DNA of 64,000 nt from Deinococcota bacterium (GTDB lineage: Bacteria; Deinococcota; Deinococci; Deinococcales; Thermaceae): contig JBGFRI010000014.1 of assembly GCA_041695225.1 (NCBI GenBank), positions 96,001 through 160,000 on the forward strand, in the 5' to 3' direction. Shown here piece by piece: positions 1-9,091 of this stretch; position 1 is the stretch's first letter, and each line of letters opens with the position of its first letter. The position numbers and the translations under genes were made by a program. A model generated the notes under the pieces. It saw only the letters and a list, made by a program, of their open reading frames with translations, did no database searches and had not been told where the DNA came from.

Positions 1-1
1 G

Positions 2-970
2 CAAGCCCCGGCGCAAAGGCGAAGCATGGGCATACACGATGCCATTGGCCGAGTCGGTGGCCCCGTCACTAAAAAACCCCAGGTGGCTAAGTCTGGTAGC
101 GGGGGTCAGACCTCTGGCCTTGATTCTCGCTATTTCTTCCTGAAACTGGCTGGGAAGCCAGCGCACAAAATCGGCGTAAATCTGATCGAGTGAGACCCCG
201 AAAGCTCTTAGAAAAGGCTGGTTGAAGTCTTTGATGGCCAGCATACCGGCATTGGTTTCGGTGAAGCGCTGGTAGGCATCCTGGCCAAAGCGCACCTCCA
301 GATACTTCACCAGCCAGGCGCTGTAGTTGTATAGCAGAAAGCCCAGGTATGGCCAGCCTGTCCGGCTGTAGGCCTGGCGAATTTCATCCAGGCTAGGAAA
401 GCGGTTCGCAAGCGTCATCTGACGCAATGACATGCGGGTGCGGGAGTCGTTCAGGCGCGACTCCCCCAGCATGCTGTACTTCAGGTAGAGCACGGTGCCC
501 TCTACAAAAGGAAAGGGCTTGATGGCGTTTTGTGGGGGTAGCTGCCCGAAGATGCGGGTGCGGTCTCTGAGCGGGCCTCGGGTCTGCGATAAATCGAAGA
601 TGTGGGCTATCTCGTGGAAGATAATCATCTCCCACCAGGAGGAAAGCCGGGGATTGAAAAAATCCGAGCTGCGAAACTGCCCAGTATAAATCCCCACCAC
701 GTTGTTGACAACATTGGCAAAGCCATTGAGTATCTCGCCGTGATCCGAGAGCACAATGCTGATCCGCCCTGGCGGCTCTTCGAACTCGGTTTTGAGCAGC
801 CGGTAGGCATTTTCGGCATGGATGGCGGCCTCGCTGGCCACACGCTCGAGGCCCGCGTGGTAATGAATATCAAAATGCTCGGTACGCAGGGTAAACCACT
901 GCCGGGTGGGGTCGAACTGGGCCAGTGCTAACGAGCTGAGCAGAAGAACAAACACCAAGAGCCGCAACAT
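2..970 (-). CDS. Secreted protein with N-terminal zinc-metallopeptidase (peptidase MA/gluzincin-like) domain; runs off the window start
   Basis: Not in the ORF track because it is open to the window edge. Manual translation from ATG 970 gives MLRLLVFVLLLSSLALAQFDPTRQWFTLRTEHFDIHY (signal peptide), then IIFHEIAHIF (HEXXH) and a downstream FVEG third-ligand motif. TATACT lies 7 nt upstream of the ATG. Confidence 0.75.
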   Translation of the reverse strand, partial: MLRLLVFVLLLSSLALAQFDPTRQWFTLRTEHFDIHYHAGLERVASEAAIHAENAYRLLKTEFEEPPGRISIVLSDHGEILNGFANVVNNVVGIYTGQFRSSDFFNPRLSSWWEMIIFHEIAHIFDLSQTRGPLRDRTRIFGQLPPQNAIKPFPFVEGTVLYLKYSMLGESRLNDSRTRMSLRQMTLANRFPSLDEIRQAYSRTGWPYLGFLLYNYSAWLVKYLEVRFGQDAYQRFTETNAGMLAIKDFNQPFLRAFGVSLDQIYADFVRWLPSQFQEEIARIKARGLTPATRLSHLGFFSDGATDSANGIVYAHASPLRRGL

Positions 971-1087
971 TGGGCCCAGTATAGATTAAGTGATGGAGTG
1001 GCCGAGGATGGAAGTTTAAAGGCAACGCAGATGAAAGGCAGTGTGGTCAGGTGGGGGCAGTGCGGTTGATTATCCGGCCGACAAGCC

Positions 1088-1110
1088 AAAAACCCTCCCC
1101 TAAGGGAGGG
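1088..1110 (-). terminator. Rho-independent terminator of htrA
   Basis: Minus strand reads CCCTCCC-TTAG-GGGAGGG-TTTTT, 21 nt after the htrA stop. Confidence 0.75.
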
Positions 1111-1131
1111 CATAAACTTTTACCGCCTGGC

Positions 1132-2373
1132 TTAGCGAATCACCTGTGGAACCACCCGCACCTCGCGGATCTGACCATCCCGCCAGACCCTGAGGCTCAC
1201 GGCCTCGCCGGGTCGCTTGGCGAGCAGCACTGCGCGCAAGTCGTTGATGTTGGTGATGGGGTTGCCATCGGCCTCGAGAAGAATGTCGCCATTGACTCCT
1301 AGCTCGATCACCTGACCGGCGCGGGTCTGTAGCTGCAACATGCGGGTTGCCGCCCGCAGGCCAGCCCGCTCTGCGGGGCTACCCCGCTCGACCTGTTGAA
1401 TCATCAGGCCGGTATCGGGCAGCCTGTGCTCGCGACGAATACTGGCGGGGTACTCAGCCATCGAGAGCACCGAGAGCATCACCCCCAGGCGGGGTCTGGC
1501 CCGCACGATCTCTTCGGCGGTGATATCACGGCCAGCGCGGAGGTCGTTGAGGTACTGCCTGGCCAGGTTAATCGGGATGGCAAAGCCAATCCCTGCCGAC
1601 TGGGCCTGCCCTCCAAACATGCCGGTGGTGCTGTAGATAAAGGTGTTGATCCCTATCACCTCGCCACGTGAGTTAAGCAGCGGTCCCCCAGAGTTGCCGG
1701 GGTTGATGGCGGCATCGGTCTGAATCACCGTAGGGACAAAGGCCCCGACCCCGCGAACACCATCGAGGGGGTTGCGGCGGATAGCCGATACGATACCCTC
1801 GGTCACGGAAAACTCGAGGCCGAAAGGGTTGCCCACCGCAATGGCTTTCTGGCCTACCCGCACCTGATCCGAATCGCCCAGTCGCATGGGGCGCAACCTC
1901 TCCCGCGGGGCCTGTACCCGGATCAGGGCTATGTCCAGCGGTTCGGCGCGACCAATTACCCGGGCAGGATAACTGCGGGGGTCGTTATGGAAGCGTACCG
2001 AGATCTGGTCGGCGCCTGCTATCACGTGGTAGTTGGTCAGAATCAGGCCATCCTGATCGATCACGAAACCAGAACCCGTGCCGTCTCGGGGCTGGGGCTG
2101 CAGAAAAGGCCCAAAGAACCCGAAGTCGCGCACAGCCGGCGGGGTAGCGCGGACTGCTACAAACACCACCCCGTCGGCCGTACGCTGAACAACCTCGATG
2201 GTATTGCGTTCATTTTCCAGAAATGCTCGACTCTGATCAAAGGTCTGGGCCTGCGTGGTGGTTGGGTTCTGAGCCTGGGCCTGGGTCTGGCTCTTGCTCA
2301 GGTTAAGCCAGGCCACACCGCCCCCGACTATCAAAACCAGTCCAAGGGCAAGGGTTGCTGTTCTCACGGACAT
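1132..2373 (-). CDS. htrA: HtrA/DegP-family trypsin-like serine protease with one PDZ domain
   Basis: N-terminal membrane anchor; GTGSGF, TNYHV, DIALI and QTDAAINPGNSGGPL catalytic-triad motifs; C-terminal PDZ (GSPAERAGL). Confidence 0.93.
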   Translation of the reverse strand: MSVRTATLALGLVLIVGGGVAWLNLSKSQTQAQAQNPTTTQAQTFDQSRAFLENERNTIEVVQRTADGVVFVAVRATPPAVRDFGFFGPFLQPQPRDGTGSGFVIDQDGLILTNYHVIAGADQISVRFHNDPRSYPARVIGRAEPLDIALIRVQAPRERLRPMRLGDSDQVRVGQKAIAVGNPFGLEFSVTEGIVSAIRRNPLDGVRGVGAFVPTVIQTDAAINPGNSGGPLLNSRGEVIGINTFIYSTTGMFGGQAQSAGIGFAIPINLARQYLNDLRAGRDITAEEIVRARPRLGVMLSVLSMAEYPASIRREHRLPDTGLMIQQVERGSPAERAGLRAATRMLQLQTRAGQVIELGVNGDILLEADGNPITNINDLRAVLLAKRPGEAVSLRVWRDGQIREVRVVPQVIR

Positions 2374-2574
2374 CTCAAAAGCCTCCTAGACCAGAGTAAT
2401 AAACGACGGTGAAGACGGCATGAACGCAGATTATGAGGCCGGTCGCTGAAACACCGCGGCCTTGTTGCCATAGACGTTAGTTTAGTCTTCCTGCCGACGC
2501 CGTATTGCACTGGCCGGCGCGCTATTCTAGATCGCGCCCAAGATGCGCCTCGGCCGCTCCGTCACCCTATCCGA

Positions 2575-2652
2575 AGGTCGCAGGTCAAAAAATGTCGCAG
2601 GTCGCAAGACAAAAAGCTTGTGACCTGAGACTTGTGACCTGAGACTTGTGAC
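2575..2652. repeat. Intergenic heptamer repeat cluster with opposed arms (GTCGCAR ... YTGWGAC)
   Basis: aggtcgc aggtcaaaaaat gtcgcag gtcgcaa ... ttgtgac ctgagac ttgtgac ctgagac ttgtgac. Confidence 0.85.
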
Positions 2653-2733
2653 ATTCTCTTCTACACGGTATGGGTAGTGGGCAGGACAGTCTGCCCGGCC
2701 AACTGCGGCTATGCTGGAGGGCAGGACGGTTTT

Positions 2734-5028
2734 ATGCAGCGCTACACCGCACCCCCCACCCCGCAGTATGCCCTCGAGTCTGGCCCGATTCTGCTCAGGG
2801 ATGGTCGCACTGCTATCCTGCGCCCCGCCAGGCCCGAAGACCGCGAGCTTTTTGTGGAGTTTGTTAGCCGGCTATCGCCCCAGGCCCGCACTTTCAGGTT
2901 TTTCTCCGAGGTTAGACCCGAGACCGCCGCCGACCTGTTGCTCAGAAAGCCCGAGGGAGAGGACAAAGTGACCCTGGTGGTGCTTTCCGGCGACCCCGAG
3001 CGAATTATCGCTACCGGGGAGTATGTGCAAGAGGGCAAGGGCGCCACCTCGGCCGAGGTTGCCTTTCTGGTAGACGACTGGTATCAGGGAAAGGGCCTGG
3101 GCTCGCTGCTGCTCGAGCGGCTGGCCCTGATTGGGGTGCAGCGCGGTATCCGGCGCTTCCATGCCTTTGCCCTGGCCGATAACAAGCAGATGCTGGACGT
3201 TTTCCGGGCCAGCGGTTACAAGGTGGAGTCACATACCGAGTCCGGCGAGGTTGAGGTGAGCTTTGAAATTGAACCCAGCCCGGAGATGGTGGCCAGGTTT
3301 GAGCTGCGCGAACGGGTCTCTACCGTGGCCTCGCTGCTGCCGGTGCTGCGCCCCAGGGGGGTAGCGGTGGTGGGCGCCTCGCGTGACCCTAAGAGCGTGG
3401 GCTACCTGGTTCTGGAGAACCTGGTTTTGAACCGGTTTCAAGGGCCGGTTTACCCGGTCAACCCTGCTGCGACCCCGGCTGCGGGCGAGGTTCCGGTGGT
3501 CGGCTCGATGCTGGCCTACACCTCGGTCAAGGCGGTGCCGGGGCCCATTGACCTGGCTGTGATCACCACCCCCAAAGACAAAGTACTCGAGGCTGCCGAA
3601 GCCTGCGGGCAGCGCGGGGTTAGAGCCCTGATGGTAATCACCACCGACATGGAGCCTCAGCAGATCAAAAGCCTGGTAGAAACCTGCCGCCACTACGGTA
3701 TGCGGCTGGTGGGGCCAGGCTCGCTGGCCCTAATCTCCACCAACCCCGAGGTGCAGCTTTGTGCAGGCATGAACAGCAGACTTCCCATCCGTGGGCGGAT
3801 TGCCATGTCGAGCCAGAGCGGCGCAGTGGGGCAGGCAGTGCTGGGCTACGCGCGAGAGATGGGGCTGGGGTTTTCCAGTTTTGTCTCGCTGGGGGCCAAG
3901 GTAGACCTCTCCTCCAACGACCTAATCCAGTACTGGGAAGAAGACCCCGAGACCGGCCTGATTCTGCTCTACCTCGAGTCCTTTGGCAACCCCCGGCGGT
4001 TTGCCCGGCTGGCCAGGCGGGTAGGGCGCAAAAAACCCATTCTGGCCGTACGGCCCGGGCGTGATGCCGTGGTGGAGGCCCTCTTCAAGCAGGCCGGGGT
4101 GGTGCGGGCCGAGAACCTCGAGGAAATGTTTGACATTGCTGCCTTGCTGGCCCACCAGCCACTGCCCCAGGGCCCCAGGGTGGCTCTACTGACCAACGCT
4201 TCGGGCCCGGCACACCTGGCTATGGCGGCCCTCAAGTCCGAAGGCCCGGTGGCCGAGGTGCGCGACCTGGGCACCCGGGCCTCGGCCGAGGAGTACCTAG
4301 AGTGCGCTAAAGAGCTGCTATCCAGCAACTGCAACGCTCTCCTGGCGCTTTTTGTACCCCTGGGCTACGCAACGGTGGACGAGGTAACCGAGGCCCTGCG
4401 GGCTGCCCTGGAAGAAGCCCGCGCCAATGGAGTGAGCATTCCGGTGCTAACCTGCTTCATGACCGCCGGCCGGCCCCGGGTGCAGCTTGGGGCGGAGTGG
4501 GTGCCCTCGTACCGCTTTCCCGAGTCGGCCGGACGGGCGCTGGCAGCGGCTTATGCTTATGCCAGGTGGCGCAAGACGCCGCTTGGCGAGATTCCCGATC
4601 ATGGCGTACAAGAAGACGAAGCCCGGGCGCTGGTTACAGCAGCCAGAGGTGTTTTGCCTGACGACCAGACTGCCCAACTGCTAGGCTATTTTGGCCTGAA
4701 AATGGCCGCTGCTAGCGAGGGTATCGCCCTGGCCCTGCGGGTCAAGAACGACCCCCTGTTTGGCCCGGTGCTAAACCTGGCTCTGACCGGACTACCCCTG
4801 GGCGAACAGCTTCTGGCGGTCCGCATAACCCCTCTTACCGACCACGAAGCCCTGCAGATGCTGGCGCCGCTGTCCGGCAAAGCCCACCTGGAAAGCCTGC
4901 AAGACCTGTTGCTGCGGGTCTCGAGGCTGGTGGAAGAGCTGCCCGAGGTAACGGGCCTCGAGCTCTGCCTGTTAGCCGCCGAGCAACACACCACCATTAC
5001 TGCGGGCCGGGTGGTCTTGCGGGAGTAG
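2734..5028 (+). CDS. GNAT acetyltransferase fused to NDP-forming acyl-CoA synthetase-like domains (Pat-type protein lysine acetyltransferase)
   Basis: N-terminal GNAT (AEVAFLVDDWYQGKGLG), CoA-binding domain (VAVVGASR), SQSGA and LYLESFGNPRRF motifs, short ATP-grasp remnant (DPLFGP). ATG 2734 preferred over the track's GTG 2677. Confidence 0.85.
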   Translation: MQRYTAPPTPQYALESGPILLRDGRTAILRPARPEDRELFVEFVSRLSPQARTFRFFSEVRPETAADLLLRKPEGEDKVTLVVLSGDPERIIATGEYVQEGKGATSAEVAFLVDDWYQGKGLGSLLLERLALIGVQRGIRRFHAFALADNKQMLDVFRASGYKVESHTESGEVEVSFEIEPSPEMVARFELRERVSTVASLLPVLRPRGVAVVGASRDPKSVGYLVLENLVLNRFQGPVYPVNPAATPAAGEVPVVGSMLAYTSVKAVPGPIDLAVITTPKDKVLEAAEACGQRGVRALMVITTDMEPQQIKSLVETCRHYGMRLVGPGSLALISTNPEVQLCAGMNSRLPIRGRIAMSSQSGAVGQAVLGYAREMGLGFSSFVSLGAKVDLSSNDLIQYWEEDPETGLILLYLESFGNPRRFARLARRVGRKKPILAVRPGRDAVVEALFKQAGVVRAENLEEMFDIAALLAHQPLPQGPRVALLTNASGPAHLAMAALKSEGPVAEVRDLGTRASAEEYLECAKELLSSNCNALLALFVPLGYATVDEVTEALRAALEEARANGVSIPVLTCFMTAGRPRVQLGAEWVPSYRFPESAGRALAAAYAYARWRKTPLGEIPDHGVQEDEARALVTAARGVLPDDQTAQLLGYFGLKMAAASEGIALALRVKNDPLFGPVLNLALTGLPLGEQLLAVRITPLTDHEALQMLAPLSGKAHLESLQDLLLRVSRLVEELPEVTGLELCLLAAEQHTTITAGRVVLRE

Positions 5029-5351
5029 AGCTGTTTGTGATCTGGATTTGCCAGAAATAGAGTGGGTTCTATCCTGTTGTACTTTGCATGCCGGAGCGGG
5101 GCCGGCTATCCCCCCCCCCTCGCCAAGCCGAGGAGAGATTACGCAAATGTTCTACTACCATAGGTCCAACCCAGACGTAATCTGGAACTGGCTGTTGTAG
5201 TAGCGGCCCCGGCCTAAAAGGGTTGTACGGCGCGCCCTGGGTAGAAATCGGGTTAGCCCTTTTGGCCTGAATCTCGGTAAATTGGTGCAGTGTGGGAGAG
5301 TGGCTCTGGCCTAAAGACCTGGTTACTGCGGTAACGTATGGAGGATGATTC

Positions 5352-5852
5352 TTGCGTAAAGACCAGGTTGCGGGGGTTCTGGTAAGGCTGGGCCTGTTTG
5401 GCCTGCTCTGGCTGGTCATAACCGAGGGCAGGCCGGGTTCGTGGGCGGTTGGGCTGGTCTTTGTGGTCGCAGCCACCTGGCTTAGCCTGGCCCTGCACCA
5501 GCCGCCGGGGTGGCGGCTGCGGCCCCTGGGCCTGCTGCGCTTTGTCCCTTACTTTGCCTGGTACTCCCTGCGAGGAGGGGTAGACGTGGCCTGGAGGGCC
5601 CTGCACCCCCGGATGCCGCTAAACCCCGGCTTGCTAGAGTATCAATTGCGGCTTCCAACCCCGGCTGCCAGGGTTTTTCTGGCCGGTGTGCTGAGCTTGC
5701 TACCCGGCACCCTTGGCGCCAGGATCGAGGGCCCCCGATTAATCGTACATGCCCTTGACCTGGAGCAGAACCTGCCAGAGGCCCTGGCCGAGCTCGAGGT
5801 TCGTGTAGCCGATTTGTTTGACCTGAGGCTGACTGGAGGTAAGGATGACTGA
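5352..5852 (+). CDS. mrpE: Mrp/Mnh Na+/H+ antiporter subunit E
   Basis: SLLPGTL and LIVHALD motifs of MnhE; GGAGG RBS upstream of the TTG start. Confidence 0.88.
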   Translation: MRKDQVAGVLVRLGLFGLLWLVITEGRPGSWAVGLVFVVAATWLSLALHQPPGWRLRPLGLLRFVPYFAWYSLRGGVDVAWRALHPRMPLNPGLLEYQLRLPTPAARVFLAGVLSLLPGTLGARIEGPRLIVHALDLEQNLPEALAELEVRVADLFDLRLTGGKDD

Positions 5853-6102
5853 CTGGTATCTGGGGCTAGCTGGGTTTTTGTTGCTTAACCTGGGGCTTGG
5901 CCTGGTGCGGGTACTGCGGGGGCCAACCCCGGCAGACCGGATGGTGGCGGCCCAGCTCTTTGGCACTACCGGGGTAGCGGCCATTCTGCTGCTGGGCCAG
6001 GGTATGCAGGAGCGTGCCCTGGTAGATCTGGCCCTGCTGCTCTCGGTCCTGGCAGCGGTAACTGGGGTTGCTTTTACCCGGCTTTACCGGAGAGTCCAGT
6101 GA
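5845..6102 (+). CDS. mrpF: Mrp antiporter subunit F
   Basis: RVLRGPTPADRMVA motif; three TM helices; overlaps mrpE. Confidence 0.9.
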   Translation: MTDWYLGLAGFLLLNLGLGLVRVLRGPTPADRMVAAQLFGTTGVAAILLLGQGMQERALVDLALLLSVLAAVTGVAFTRLYRRVQ

Positions 6103-6389
6103 GCCTGGAGCTGGCCCTGATCCTGCTGGGTATGCCGTTTTTTCTGGCAGGGACGGTGGGCTTGCTGCGCTTTCCCGACCTGCTTTCCCGCGAGCACGCC
6201 GTCACCAAGGCCGATAACCTGGGGCTGGGCCTGGTGGTGCTGGGCCTGATGCTGGGGGCCGAGTCCGTACTGCTGGCGGTGAAACTGTTTCTGATCTGGA
6301 TTGCGGTGCTGGTGGCCAGCGCCACCGTGGCCCAGTTAATTGCCCACACCGTTATTGATGCTGGCAGTGAGACCGGCGGTGGCTCCTGA
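6099..6389 (+). CDS. mrpG: Mrp antiporter subunit G
   Basis: GLLRFPD..SR.HAVTKADNLG motif. Confidence 0.88.
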   Translation: MSLELALILLGMPFFLAGTVGLLRFPDLLSREHAVTKADNLGLGLVVLGLMLGAESVLLAVKLFLIWIAVLVASATVAQLIAHTVIDAGSETGGGS

Positions 6390-7333
6390 TGGACTGGGTG
6401 CTTGAGGCCTCAGCCCTCTCACTCTTTGGTCCTATGGGCCTGGCCCTGGATCTGCTACTGGCTGCTGGACTGCTCTGGCTGGCCTGGCGGGTTTTGTATA
6501 GCCCCGACCTTTTCTTGTCGGTGGTGCTCTTCATCAGCTTTGGGCTACTGGTCTCGCTGGCCTATCTCCGGCTTAGAGCGCCCGACGTGGCCATGGCCGA
6601 GGCCGCCATTGGGGCCGCGCTGACCGGTACCCTGCTGCTATATACCCTTAGACATATGGGGGTTCCAATAGAGCCACCCAGACTCGCCCAGCACCGGCTG
6701 CTAACCGGGCTGGCGCTGCTGATGAGCGCAGGGCTGGGCTGGGCTATACTGACTATGCCGGGTTTTAGCGACGGGCTGGTTGTCCAGGTTACCCAGCACC
6801 TCCCCCAGAGCGGGGTTGAACACCCGGTCACCGCGGTGCTGCTCAACTTCCGCGCCTATGACACCATGCTCGAGGTGGCGGTGCTGCTTCTGGCGCTGGT
6901 GGGGGTCTGGGCCGTCAGCAGCACCGAGCTGCGCTTACCTGCCCCTTCGGCAGTGCTGCGCGGCATGGTGAGCGTGTTGCTGCCGCCTGGCCTGCTGGTC
7001 GGGGGGTACCTGCTCTGGGTGGGGGCTTACCAGCCTGGCGGGGCTTTCCAGGGCGGGGCGGTACTGGGTGGGCTGCTGGTCTTGCTCTTCCTGGCCGGCT
7101 GGCGCGCACTGGCCGCGGGCTGGCTACTGCGGCTGGCCCTGGGAGCGGGGCTGCTGGCTTTTCTGGCGGTGGGGGTGCTGGCCATGGCTGGGGGCAGTCT
7201 GCTTGAGTACAGGCTCGAGGCCGCCAAGAACCTGATCCTCTTCATCGAGTTTTTTGTGGCACTATCGGTGGCCGCCACCCTGGCTATGCTCCTGCTGGGG
7301 CGCCCAGGCAGTGCGGGAGAGCAGCAGCCATGA
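6389..7333 (+). CDS. mrpB: DUF4040 + MnhB fusion (MrpA C-terminal part/MrpB subunit)
   Basis: APDVAMAEAAIGA, VTAVLLNFRAYDTMLE and PGGAFQGG motifs. Confidence 0.85.
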   Translation: MDWVLEASALSLFGPMGLALDLLLAAGLLWLAWRVLYSPDLFLSVVLFISFGLLVSLAYLRLRAPDVAMAEAAIGAALTGTLLLYTLRHMGVPIEPPRLAQHRLLTGLALLMSAGLGWAILTMPGFSDGLVVQVTQHLPQSGVEHPVTAVLLNFRAYDTMLEVAVLLLALVGVWAVSSTELRLPAPSAVLRGMVSVLLPPGLLVGGYLLWVGAYQPGGAFQGGAVLGGLLVLLFLAGWRALAAGWLLRLALGAGLLAFLAVGVLAMAGGSLLEYRLEAAKNLILFIEFFVALSVAATLAMLLLGRPGSAGEQQP

Positions 7334-7635
7334 GTACGCTGGTCTTCTTACTGGTCGGGGTAGGGCTGGTGGTGATGAGCCTGCACGCCCTGTTTGTACA
7401 TACCCACCTGCTACGTCAGGTTCTGGCTATCAATGTCCTGGGTACCGGGGTTTTCATGGTCTTTATTGCCTGGGGTAGCCAGAGCCCAACCCCCCACGCC
7501 GACCCGGTGGCCCAGGCTCTGGTAATAACCGGGATTGTGGTTGCGGTAAGCGCAACCGCCCTGGCCCTGGCCCTGGCCCTGAGAATCAAACAGACCACTG
7601 GCCGGGCCACCCTGAGCGAGGAGACCGAGGAGTGA
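7330..7635 (+). CDS. mrpC: Mrp antiporter subunit C
   Basis: DPVAQALVITGIVV motif. Confidence 0.9.
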   Translation: MSTLVFLLVGVGLVVMSLHALFVHTHLLRQVLAINVLGTGVFMVFIAWGSQSPTPHADPVAQALVITGIVVAVSATALALALALRIKQTTGRATLSEETEE

Positions 7636-9050
7636 GCGAGCTGCCCTGGATAGTCTGGGTGGTGCTGACTCCGTTGGCCGGTGCCCTGCTGGCTTTTCTC
7701 TGGCCTGCGCAGGGGGTCAGGGTAGCCTTGCTGGCAGGGCTCGGTACTGGGGTGGCCGTGCTGGGCCTGAGCCTGCAACTAGCCCAGCTAGGGGCTCAGC
7801 GCTACGCGGTTGGGGCCTGGGACCCCCCACTGGGTATTAGCCTTTACGCCGACGGCCTTACCGCGGTTATGCTGCTCATGACCCTGCTGGTTTTTGCGCC
7901 CACGCTGGTTTATGCCCGGGCCTATTTCAAACAGACTGCCCATCTTTTCTGGTCGCTGGGGCTTTTCTTATGGGCAGCCCTGAACGCGCTGTTTTTATCG
8001 GGCGATGTGTTTAATCTCTACGTTACCCTCGAGCTGCTGGGGCTCTCGGCGGTGGCCCTGACCGCCCTGGGAGGCCAGTCTCAGGCCCTGGTTGCGGCCT
8101 ATCGCTACCTGCTGGCCAGCCTGCTTGGCTCGCTATCGTACTTGCTGGGGGTAGGGCTGCTCTATGCCGAGTATGCTACTCTCGACCTGCAAACCCTGGG
8201 CCAGGTTATTGGCCTGGACCCTGCCAGCGCGGTGGCCCTGGCCCTGATGGCTACCGGGATGCTGCTTAAAACTGCTCTTTTCCCGCTGCACTTCTGGTTG
8301 CCCCCGGCCCACGCCAGCGCAGCCGCCCCAGTTAGCGCCCTGCTTTCGGGGCTGGTGGTCAAGGGCTCGCTGTATCTGCTGCTGCGCTTATGGCTCGAGT
8401 TCTTCCCCGAGACTACGGTGCCTGCCAGCAGTCTGATACTTGGGCTGCTGGGAGCAGGGGCGGTTGTATGGGGTTCGTGGCAGGCCATCCGGGCTCGTCG
8501 GCTTAAGTTTCTGGTTGCTTACTCTACCGTAGCCCAGCTCGGATATCCCTTCCTGGCCTTCCCGCTGCTGGCAGCCGGTTGGGACGCCCTGGCTGCTCTG
8601 GTCTATTTCATGCTCTCCCACGCAGCTGCAAAGGCGGCCATGTTTCTGGCGGCGGGCAGTGTGCTGAGGGCCTTTGGCCAGGACCGGCTCGCCGAGCTGC
8701 ACGGGCTCTTGCGGGTTCTGCCGCTCTCGGTGGCGGCTTTTATCCTGGCCGGAATTAGCCTGATCGGGCTGCCGCCGTCCGGAGGCTTTGTGGCCAAGTG
8801 GCTACTGCTCGAGGCCGCCTTTGCCACAGGACAGTGGGGCTGGGCGCTGGTCACCCTACTGGGGACCTTGCTGGCAGCAGGCTATGTCTTCCGAATTCTG
8901 ACCCGGGCCCTCGAGGACACGACACTTTCAGATCGGCCCAGTCCCGTACCCCGCAGCATGGAGCTAACCGCACTCTTGCTGGCGGTGGCCTCGCTGCTGC
9001 TGGGTCTGGTTGCGCTACCCGTGCTGGGGTTGCTGGAGGTGGGCCGATAG
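7632..9050 (+). CDS. mrpD: Mrp antiporter subunit D (complex I NuoM/N-like)
   Basis: GDVFNLYVTLE, KTALFPLHFWLPPAHASA, LVAYSTVAQLGY, GLPPSGGFVAKW. Confidence 0.9.
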   Translation: MSELPWIVWVVLTPLAGALLAFLWPAQGVRVALLAGLGTGVAVLGLSLQLAQLGAQRYAVGAWDPPLGISLYADGLTAVMLLMTLLVFAPTLVYARAYFKQTAHLFWSLGLFLWAALNALFLSGDVFNLYVTLELLGLSAVALTALGGQSQALVAAYRYLLASLLGSLSYLLGVGLLYAEYATLDLQTLGQVIGLDPASAVALALMATGMLLKTALFPLHFWLPPAHASAAAPVSALLSGLVVKGSLYLLLRLWLEFFPETTVPASSLILGLLGAGAVVWGSWQAIRARRLKFLVAYSTVAQLGYPFLAFPLLAAGWDALAALVYFMLSHAAAKAAMFLAAGSVLRAFGQDRLAELHGLLRVLPLSVAAFILAGISLIGLPPSGGFVAKWLLLEAAFATGQWGWALVTLLGTLLAAGYVFRILTRALEDTTLSDRPSPVPRSMELTALLLAVASLLLGLVALPVLGLLEVGR

Positions 9051-9091
9051 ACTGGACAATGGCGTGGCCGGGAATTGGGGATGATTAACCG

